Positions 54,603 to 64,000 of a stretch of DNA of 64,000 nt are shown here, one piece after another. Position 1 is the stretch's first letter, and every line of letters starts with the position of its first letter. Below the pieces are notes generated by a model. That model was not told the origin of the DNA. It saw only the letters and a list, made by a program, of their open reading frames with translations, and ran no database searches. A program made the position numbers and the translations under genes. Source of the DNA: Lama glama (lineage: Eukaryota); the NCBI GenBank assembly GCA_028534125.1, contig CM052817.1:29824001-29888000 (forward strand). Direction: 5' to 3'.

Positions 54603-54690
54603 AGGTAGTAGATATATGGAAAGTCTCTGTACCTTCCCCTCAATTTTGTTGTGAACCCAAAACTGCTCTAAAAATAAAATCTTTTAAAAA
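54603..54690 (+). mobile_element. L1MC-type 3' terminus
   Basis: TCTCTGTACCTTCCCCTCAATTTTGTTGTGAACCCAAAACTGCTCTAAAAATAAA. Confidence 0.8.
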
Positions 54691-54889
54691 TATGATAAAT
54701 AAATAAATATGGAGGAATATACTTAATATTGGAAATTGATGTGGGATTATAAATTGTTATAACCACTTTGGAAATTGGTCACAAATAAAACTGATAAACG
54801 AAACCTCAATAACAATCAGAAATAAAATCACCCTCCCCCAGACCTTTAAAAACAATGATCTGAAAAAAGGTAGATACAAATTGATGTCA

Positions 54890-55081
54890 GGAGGGAGGGT
54901 ATAGCTCAGCGGTAGAGTGCGTGCTTAGCACGCACAAGGTCCTGGGTTCAGTCCCCAGTACCTCCCTTCAAATAAATAAACCTAATTAACTCCAAGGAGG
55001 TTAGTATAACTCAGTGTTAGAGTGCATGCTTAGGATGCATGAAGTCCTGGGTTCAATTCCCAGTACCTCTATTAAAAAAAA
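54890..55081 (+). mobile_element. Head-to-tail dimer of tRNA-Ala SINEs
   Basis: Monomer 1 54890-54993, monomer 2 ~54996-55081, each with A box, anticodon-like loop and B box; flanking direct repeat AAATTGATGT at 54878-54887 and 55080-55089. Confidence 0.92.
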
Positions 55082-55221
55082 ATTGATGTTGTCGAATTTC
55101 TAGAAGTCAAAAATAATGTAAAAATTCATGTCTGAATTTGTTTGATAATGCTAAAGAAGTGTTCACATGAAGACTCATAGTTTCAGATTCTTACCAATTA
55201 AGAAATAATAAAGATCATCGG

Positions 55222-56220
55222 TATGCTGATGATTCTCAAATTTATATCTCTAGCCCAAATCCTCTGCCTGACCTTTCAGACATACACTACTCAATATGAA
55301 TTCCAACACAGTATATTCTTGTTGCTGGCTGTCATTCTTAGCACTGCTGAAACCAACACAAGCTCCTCCTGCAAGCTTTCTCATCTCAGGCAGTATACTG
55401 AAATACCATTTCTTCTAGTCTCTCAGGCATTGAGTCCTTTCTCTCTTTATCCATCAGCAAATTCTTTTGGCCCTGCTTTCAAAATATATCCACAGTTTGA
55501 CCACTTCTCAATGCAAAAGCCATCATCCTTCTCATCAAAATTGACATCATTTCTTGTCTGGATTTTTTTTATAACCTTCTAACTGGCCTTCCTGCTTCTC
55601 CCTTAGCCTAAGCCCCTGTAGCTTATCCGTAGCAGAGGAGAGGAGTAGAATTGATTATATCTCTCCTCAAAGTCCTCCAAAAGCTTCAAAGTAAGAGCCA
55701 AAGTCCTTACTAAACCCCAGATGATCTGGCTAATGGCACCTTTTTGATCTCAAGCCCTCTCACACTCTCTTCGCCTTGCTCACTCTGCTTCTGCTGCATG
55801 CTCTCCTTGCCACCTCCTGGTCAGGGCAGATACATACTCACGTCAGAGACTTTGCATTTCCTACTTTCTATGTCTCTGTATCTATCTGACTAATGCGCCC
55901 TCTTCTTTCAGGTCTTTGGTCAAAATTGCTTTTTCATTGAGGCCTTTCCTGACAACCTTAAATAGGTGAATTAGACCCCCTATTATTTCATGTTGTTGTT
56001 TTCTGCTGCATTTTCTGCCTAGCATTTATCATTAAGTATTCTTGACATATTGACTTATTTTTTTTGCTCATCAATCACCTCTACCACTCTAATGTAAGCT
56101 CCTTGAAGTCAAGAGATCTTCATCTCCTTTACTTCATTGCTGTATCTCTAGCTCTTAAAACAGTCCTGGCATGTAGTAGGTACTGAATGGATATTTGTTG
56201 AATGAGTAAATGAATGAATT
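55222..56220 (+). mobile_element. L2 3' part (L2a-like)
   Basis: TATGCTGATGATTCTCAAATTTATATCTCT = YADDSQIYIS (RT motif, 55222-55251); ends CCTGGCATGTAGTAGGTACT...TTTGTTGAATGAGTAAATGAATGAAT. Confidence 0.88.
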
Positions 56221-56366
56221 TCATGTATATATAAATTTCCAAAACAGTAAACCATTTATTGCTTAGAGATAACCATGAATGTGGTTTGAATATAAAGAAA
56301 TACAGTAAATCCTGAACAAGTATCATGGCAGTAGGTCTCTGTGTGGATGAGATAAGGAAATGTAAT

Positions 56367-57160
56367 CGTGGGTTCGTCACCAGTTGTGGGTTCTGACCAG
56401 CAGAAGTCCCACTGAGACGGAATGAATTACTCGAGACTCTGTGGAAAAAGTCAAGAGAGCAAGAGGGAGTCGGCAGCCAACTCCACGAACCTCTCAAATG
56501 CTCCCACATTTATTGTGTACAATCAAAGGAGAAATCACTGACAGTTGTGTGATGGAATGCAGGAATTTAGGGAAAGACAGGGTGGGCTCGAGATTGTAGA
56601 GTTTGGCTCAAGGTCAGAAGACCCTTTATGTTTTGGTAAATCATGTTCGTGTTGGCATCAGCAAGCCTTACAGCTTATCAGGGCGGAATGTATGAGAAGC
56701 AGCTGCTTGACATTTTTCTTGGACTCAGGTGGCTGTGCCTGTCTTAGGTTGCCCTCCTTTGGGGATCTTACCCCTCATTGGCTAACCAGCCTTCTCATCT
56801 CTGTGTCTGCAGCTTTTTATAACTTGTTTACCATTCTAGCCCAAGACTCCTTCCTTTGGGGGCCTACAGTTTACCTTTAGGGAAGTCATGAGAAAAGGGG
56901 AGCAAGATACATTCTTACAGAGCTGTTAAAGCAGACCACCAGCCCAGCCAGTTCCTTGCTTTGGGGATAGAAGACTATCTAACAGTAGGCACGCCCAGCG
57001 TTTATAGCCGAGGGCCTGGGTCATTGCTTTGCAACGAGCAGAGTGCTTCTAAAACCTCAACTATGGAAGCAAGGAAGCTACTAAGCACATTTGCTCTTCT
57101 TTAAGGAGACAAGTGGCTGGGGTCTGTTACAATTTGTTAACCCAATCATGGGCTCCCTCA
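56367..57160 (-). mobile_element. Young ERV solo LTR (probably class II/ERVK-like)
   Basis: Minus strand begins TGAGGGAGCC; 6-bp TSD TGTAAT (56361-56366) / CGTAAT (57161-57166); minus-strand AATAAA at 56509-56514 and TATA-like motifs at 56814-56821 and 57001-57006; higher GC and CpG than the flanks. Confidence 0.75.
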
Positions 57161-59737
57161 CGTAATCAGAACGTCCACAGGTGCTTCGAAGATACTAGTT
57201 ACAGCCTTTCTTTAAGATGGGTAGTGGACCCATGGTGTTCATTATTGTTATTATTTGTACTGTACATATACATATATAAATGCTTTGATTTTTAAAAATA
57301 TTTTTTAATAAAAGAATGAAAGGGAGCATAAGGCAGGAAGGAAGATCCAATAAAAGCTCATTTTAATATCATCACATCCTTCCCAGATGCACGGGGCAGT
57401 GAAGTCTCAACATTGTAAGTCAATTCTTGGTAAATCTGGGCAAAGATAATTTAACAGGATAAGTACACTCATTAATTTAAAAATGAAATCAGATATCGGT
57501 TTGTATAAGCAATCTGCAGTACATAAATACAAATAAATATATAGATAGATAGGCACCTCTGTTTTCTATGTATTTTTAAAATATCTACACATGTCCTCTT
57601 CCCAAAAGCCAAACACTTCTGAAGAGCAAGTCACATATGATAAAGTAAGAAAAAGATTTCTCTCATAAACAAATAGGTAGATCATACTCTAAGAAGCAAC
57701 ATGGTATGTGCCTTAATGCATTAAAATAAATCCATTTTGTCATTTGGTAAATAACATACTTCATACACCTATTTCCTCCTTAGAATATCATTGAAAACAA
57801 GATAATTTTGACCTAGTGTTTCCAAAAGAAATAACTTCAGATTGTACAAAACATTAAAATATTAAATTGAATTAGAAAATGCCACATTTACAAATGCTCC
57901 ATAGTAGTACAATGTGTTTCAGAGGCCTGGGTTTTGTTAATATATATGAGTGCTTATTCTTTATACAAATCACAACTAAATAGATTTCAAGAGAAACATC
58001 TGATGGTGTGATTTATGCAAATTACTTGATTCAGTTTCAATTAAGTTGCTTCAGCAATTTAAGCAGCTAATTTGATTAACTGAAAATGTTTCCTTCACTG
58101 GGATTTATGAAAACTTTAAATCAGTTCCCTATTGTAAAATGACTTAAATGATTGGTAGAATGCCATGAGGCATTTATTCAGTTTTAACAATATTTATTTT
58201 TTGTGTGCTTTAGACTCAAGTCATGTATTTATGTGATTGAAGCTCTTGACATCCTATATATGCATTAGATAGTTTATAAATCACATACTATGATAGAAAT
58301 TATAGTGATAGAATCATAATGTATGACATAAAGACTTTCTTTCACCTTTGGTTGAAAAATCAAATTTGATCTCTTATGTCTAAAATAGAAGGAAAAGACA
58401 ATTCTTTATTCATAAGTTATGGATCATATTTATACTTATGCAACATTTTTGGTGAATATTGCTGTCTTTTCAAAAAGAAAAATGGGTAACAAAAGAACTC
58501 CAATCTGGCCTTTCTTTTTCTCTAATCTATTGAATATCTAAGATAAAAATCCAGCAAACATAAAAATGTTTGGTTTTCACTGGACGATGGGATGATAAGA
58601 ACTTATATTGGAAAGTGTGATTGGCATCAGCAAGGTTTTGATCAGTACTTCCCAATCCACAGGGTGCCAGTTCTGTACTGCAGGTGTGGGTGATAAAGAA
58701 TGTGGGGAAAGAGAAGACTCCAGTCAGCTTCATGAGCAACTCTATGCCTCCTCCGGGAAAGTGACTCTAAAGTAAAATAAAAACCATTTTTGGAAAGGCA
58801 TTTTATCAATTATTCTAGTGCAATAATATTTTCTCTTATGTTCCATTTGCATTTGTTAATTTCCTTTCTTCATTATTATATTTTTAGTGAGGGGACAGTG
58901 TCGTAACTTCTCCCCATCAGATTCATCATGGGTTTATTCCCAGTCTTGTCAATTCTCTGAAATGTGGGATATCTAAAATTCACACAATTGAATTTGCACA
59001 AGTTATTAAGTGTTAAAGAGCAAAGGGAAGGAAAAACAGGTGGATTGGAAAAAACCCTGGGGGTTGTTTGGAGAAGCGACTCTCCCAGACAAATGACTTT
59101 GGCTTTTCCTACAAGCCTTCATCTCTGAGATGCACAATCTATCCACAAAGCAGAGAAAAACTGTCTGGTGGTTCTTTGGAAGCACTTAAAGATTTATAGT
59201 TTACAAAGTAAATATACTAGCATATTGATCAACTCATCAGACAATTACTCTGTGAGTTAATCATTACTTTTTCTGAGCTTGTTCAAAACATTTTGAAATT
59301 TCACTTAAGTAATTTGGCTAATTTCAAATTATATTTTTCAAATGGCCCTGGCCACATTTTCTGCTAGGAGTTTTAACCTTAGCTCTACTCAACCCATAAA
59401 AGAATAATTCTGTGCCTAATCATTTTTGTTGTTGTCTCATTTTTTCCTAGAAGGTGATGTAATAACTTGTACAAGGTACAAAACAACGTAAACAGTATAA
59501 CAGAGGTTTTATACACCATATTGTTTGACAGTTTTCCAAACAGGGAACTCTACTATCAAGAAATGTATGCAGTTGATTCAATTCTTTACTTTCTTGGGCA
59601 AACACTAGAGGGAAACAGCAGATTAATTTTTTTTTTTTAAAGAAAAGCCCCAAACACAAAAGGGTAACGAAATATCAATCTAAAGCAAATTTAGGAGATT
59701 GTACAAGCCTTGTTTTTGGAAACTGGTGTTTGACTGG

Positions 59738-60227
59738 AGTGGGTGATTTTTAAAATGGCTGCAGTTATCCACGTTCACCCTATAGCAGTGTGATGCTGCA
59801 GCTTTTCACATGAAGGATTGAATCCAGTTTGATCTGATGACATGCATTGTCCAAGAGAGTTAGGAGGGAGTGATGATGTGCCAGACTGAGTCTAGGCCTC
59901 ACTTGGTGTTGAACACTTTCACTCATTTCCTTGGAAACCTTACAGTGACTTCTGAAAGAGCCCAGCAGATAGGATGGAGGATAAGAGATAACATGAAGGG
60001 AAGCTAAGGGACTTCAACACAGGCAGCAGACCCCAAGTAGCAGAGCTACCCAGCAGATTCACAGCTGATCACAGTGCTTAAGAAACCCCAGCCAAAATTA
60101 CAAGAATTTCTCAGCTGATCACAGCCTAAATTGCCAACCCAAGGAATTATGAGCTATATATGTGGTTGTTGTTTTAAACTACTAAGCTTTCAAGTGGTTT
60201 GTTATGAATAATTAGTTAACTGATAGA
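59738..60227 (+). mobile_element. MLT1 (G/H-like) MaLR LTR
   Basis: AAAATGGCTGCA...GAGTCTAGGCCTCA...CAGCCTAAATTGCCAACCCA..GAATTATGAGC...GTTGTTTTAAACTACTAAG...TAACTGATA. Confidence 0.8.
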
Positions 60228-60344
60228 GTATGTACGTAATTGTGTAAGAGACTGTTAGCTGTCTAAGTATCAACAAATAGTTTACACTTTGGTGCAAGAA
60301 CTTTGACTTTTAGCAGGTAGCTTGCCAAAGTAAAAAGCTTACTT

Positions 60345-60725
60345 TTCTGTACTTCCATTGCATCTGGGGGTAACCATTTGATTAAGTTCCAGTCTATAAG
60401 ATATAAAAAGAAGAATTGTAAAAAATTCTCTTGAAATCTACTTTAAGAAAGTTTTAAGCTTTTTATTTCTCAGTTGCTCTTTCTGTTTCCCAGAATATGA
60501 TTTTGATAGAAGGAATTTCAGTAGCCATTTTGGACCATGAACTATCCCTGGTGGTGGAAACCATGTGTTGAGGAAGAAAATAAAAGCTTGGAGATTTCTT
60601 AGTTTATCTAGGGGCCACCATATCAGTCCATCAATTCCAAACTTTTTTTAATCAAAGATAAGTAAATTTATAGTTTAATTAAGCCATTGGCAAAAAGTCT
60701 TTCTCTTATGCAAATAATTATAGTC
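60345..60725 (+). mobile_element. LTR33/LTR16-class ERVL LTR fragment
   Basis: TTGCATCTGGGGGTAACCAT, CAGTAGCCATTTTGGACCATGA, TTAAGCCATTG. Confidence 0.55.
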
Positions 60726-60744
60726 ATAGTATATTAACAAATAT

Positions 60745-60950
60745 TCTTACCCAGAATATATAGGGAACACATGCACATCAATAATTAAAAGGCAAACAAA
60801 ACAATGGGGAAAAAATGGCAAAAATATCTAAAGACAGTATATATAAAATACAAATCAAATGGTTAATATATACATAAAACATATTTCACCTTTCTAGATT
60901 TCAGGGAAACAGAAAAAAAGCAGCAATGGAACGTTATCCATTAGACTGGT
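60745..60950 (+). mobile_element. Old L1 ORF2 3' fragment
   Basis: CCCAGAATATATAGGGAAC...AAAAATGGCAAAA...CAAATGGTTAATA...CCATTAGACTGG. Confidence 0.6.
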
Positions 60951-60963
60951 GAATTTTTTTTTT

Positions 60964-61463
60964 NNNNNNNNNNNNNNNNNNNNNNNNNNNNNNNNNNNNN
61001 NNNNNNNNNNNNNNNNNNNNNNNNNNNNNNNNNNNNNNNNNNNNNNNNNNNNNNNNNNNNNNNNNNNNNNNNNNNNNNNNNNNNNNNNNNNNNNNNNNNN
61101 NNNNNNNNNNNNNNNNNNNNNNNNNNNNNNNNNNNNNNNNNNNNNNNNNNNNNNNNNNNNNNNNNNNNNNNNNNNNNNNNNNNNNNNNNNNNNNNNNNNN
61201 NNNNNNNNNNNNNNNNNNNNNNNNNNNNNNNNNNNNNNNNNNNNNNNNNNNNNNNNNNNNNNNNNNNNNNNNNNNNNNNNNNNNNNNNNNNNNNNNNNNN
61301 NNNNNNNNNNNNNNNNNNNNNNNNNNNNNNNNNNNNNNNNNNNNNNNNNNNNNNNNNNNNNNNNNNNNNNNNNNNNNNNNNNNNNNNNNNNNNNNNNNNN
61401 NNNNNNNNNNNNNNNNNNNNNNNNNNNNNNNNNNNNNNNNNNNNNNNNNNNNNNNNNNNNNNN
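60964..61463. other. Assembly gap (500 N)
   Basis: Run of N directly after a poly-T tract. Confidence 1.
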
Positions 61464-61763
61464 CTGATACATAAAATCCCCCAAAAGTAAAATAATTAGA
61501 GGGGCCACCACTGCTTTAAAAAAATGATTATCAATCAGGGAAAAACAAGAGGTTACAAAGAGGATACTATGCACATAAGAATTTCAGAAGTCATCAAGGC
61601 ACATTTTTAGGAAGCAAGGTACACACCTTGAGACAAAGAAAAAATCCTAAACTCTCTTTTTGAAACACCAGGCTAATGATCAAAATCTTCCATAGACTCA
61701 GTTGAGTTTTTTGAGAATCAGAGTAGGTATGGATAAATTAGTAATCTCACACAAAAGCCACAT

Positions 61764-62370
61764 ACCATAAGATCCAGCAATTCCACTTCTGGATCTTTTT
61801 CTGAAGAAAACAGAAACACTAATTCAAAATAGATATATGCACCCCTGTGTTCATTGCAGTATTATTTACAATAGTCAAGATATGGAAGTAACCTAAGTTT
61901 TGATTGACAGATAAATGGACAAGAAGATGTGGTATTTATTCACAACAGAATATTAGTCATAAAAAAGAATGAAATATTGCCATTTGTAACAACACAGATG
62001 GACTTGGGGAGTATTATGCTAACTGACATAGTCAGAGATAAACAAATACTGCATGTTATTATCCCTTACATGTAGAATCTAAAAAACCAAACAAACAAAC
62101 AACAAAATAGAAACAGATACTGAAAACAAACTAGTGGTTACCAGAGGAAAAAGAGGTGAAAGGGTAGGTAAAAATAAGTGAAGGGGATTAACAGGTACAA
62201 ACTACCAGTTACAAAACAAGGAAGTCACAATGATGTAAGGTAACCCAGGGAATATAATCAATAATACTATAATAATTTTGTATGGTGCATAATATAAAAA
62301 AATAGTGAATCACTATGTTGTACACCTGAACTAATATAATATTGTATGTCAACTGTACTGCAGTAAAAAG
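61764..62370 (+). mobile_element. 5'-truncated L1 (ORF2 end plus 3'UTR)
   Basis: ACCATAAGATCCAGCAATTCCACTTCTGG...TTGTACACCTGAACTAATATAATATTGTATGTCAACT; possible TSD AAAAGCCACAT (61753-61763) / AAAAAGGCCCACAT (62365-62378). Confidence 0.9.
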
Positions 62371-62639
62371 GCCCACATTTGTACTTTGGCTCTTGTGTAG
62401 GTATAGCCATATACATCAGAAGAACAGACTACAGAGTCCAAGATCAAATGCAATTTACAATTAATGTATAGAAAGTTCCTGTCAAATCAGTGAGGACATT
62501 ATGCTTTATATGATTAATTTTGTTAGATAAACGAAGTAGCTATTTTAGGGGGAAAAATTATGATTATACCATCAATAAAGAAATAACATCTTTAATATAT
62601 AAAATTCTACAAATTTTTAGTACAAATACTCGAGAGAAT

Positions 62640-63490
62640 TAGCAAACAATAGTTCAGATGAAAGAAAATATAAATGGATCATAAACATGTAAAAAGAAGC
62701 TCAACATCATTTCTGATTAAAAATGCAAATTAAACTATATTAAGATAATAATTATTCTGTTGGATTGCCAAAAATTTGAGATAATACTTTTTTTCAAGAG
62801 TGTGGAAAAACAGATATAGCTATTATAATTAAGAGAATAAACTTGTATACTCTTCCAATTAAAAAAAAAAATCTGGTAGGATCAATTAAACTTGCAAATG
62901 AAAATTTATTTTACTTGGCAATTTCATTTCTAGAAAATTATCCTGAAAATATATTTACTCTTATGTGGAATTATATATTAATAAATATGTTTTTAGTCAC
63001 CACAAAGTTTAGAAATATGTTAAATAATAATCCTTGGGACTAGTTAAATAAATCATATAAACCATACTGTGTGCTATTTAATAAATTAGAAAATTCTTCA
63101 TGAATTACTAAAGAACCAATTTAGGTATGTGTATTTAAGTGAAAAAAAAAGGAAAAAAAAGAAAGAAAGAAAAAAAAGTAAGAAAAAAAAAACCCAAACC
63201 AAACATAGCACAGTGCAGAACAATGTCACAGTAGGCCATGTTTTTTAGAAACAAAGATGGAAAAATTATACATACCCATGTGTGTGTGTATTCGCTTGAA
63301 TTTGCATTAAAAAATCTCTGATAGTGTAAAAAAACACTAATGGCATAATGGCATAATGGCATAGTTTGTTTCCATGAGCGAGAACCAAACAATGGGAGAG
63401 TGAAAGTGAGCGGCTAGTATTTTAGTGCCAATACGTCTGTACCTTTTGAATTGAGAACCAAATCAATCTTATCATCTCCTCAAAATAAAA
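62640..63490 (+). mobile_element. Decayed L1ME-class ORF2 end and 3'UTR
   Basis: TAAACATGTAAAAAGAAGCTCAACATCA...AAATGCAAATTAAA, GCAATTTCATTTCTAGAAAATTATCCT. Confidence 0.6.
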
Positions 63491-64000
63491 TATTATTTCA
63501 AAAAATTTTTGAAATGTTTAGGATAGACAACAAGAAGCCATCTGAGCTGTTTAATATAGACTAGCTATGTGTTGGCCTGCGCTGCCCAGTCTGTTTAATT
63601 GGACAGAAGATAGCATGGAAGAGGCCTCTAAGTTCCTGCCCCTGTACATGATTAAACCAAGGTGAAGGATGGTGGCAGTGGTTGTGAGGACCTTAGTCCT
63701 TTCAGTCTTAGATGAGTGTCATTTGAAGTTTCAGGCACTAAAAAGAGCCAGCTTATTCAAAAGGGCTGAATTCTCATTCAGTATCTATATAGAAGAGCAC
63801 TAGAAGTTGAGATTTTTATGAGCCCTGAATTTTAATACACATTAACTCAACTGACAAGCAGAGACAGATGAATGTCGTGTTCTGACAACGAAGATTCACA
63901 ATTTTCAGAGGGCTGGAGAAGTAAAATGGTAGAGAGGGTTAGAGGGGAAAGTGTACCTTCAATATTCATTACTATAGGGAGGGAGGACAAGAAATTCTCT

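Noticed and set aside
54890..54966. Possible tRNA-Ala(AGC) gene (also 5317 and 14723)
   Set aside because: Extra 5' G-rich leader, SINE-specific tails, TSDs and stem mismatches indicate SINE copies, not functional tRNAs.
60894..61574. 226-aa and 172-aa ORFs
   Set aside because: Artefacts of translation through the 500-N gap.

Overview
AT-rich, gene-poor mammalian genomic DNA, most likely camelid (camel/alpaca lineage), judged from several tRNA-Ala(AGC)-derived Vic-1-type SINEs and camelid-type L1 ends. I find no intact protein-coding gene, RNA gene, CRISPR array or operon. The listed ORFs are chance ORFs, decayed L1/L2 fragments or read-through of a 500-N assembly gap (60964-61463). Much of the window is layered transposable-element debris: a ~5 kb 5'-truncated L1 with decayed ORF1/ORF2 (4226-9180), older L1MC/MD/ME pieces, L2, MIR, MaLR/ERVL LTRs, MER33, a Tc2-type DNA transposon and a young ERV solo LTR. 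I found no convincing new biological system. The most noteworthy items are retrotransposon architectures: a SINE carrying an L1 3' tail inside one TSD, a SINE heterodimer inside one TSD, two orphan L1 5'UTRs (one CpG-rich with a long antisense ORF), a twin-priming L1 inversion and an L1 end with extra 3' sequence. There are also two motif-dense candidate enhancers. Repeat family names come from recalled consensus sequences, not from a database search, and boundaries of old elements are approximate.
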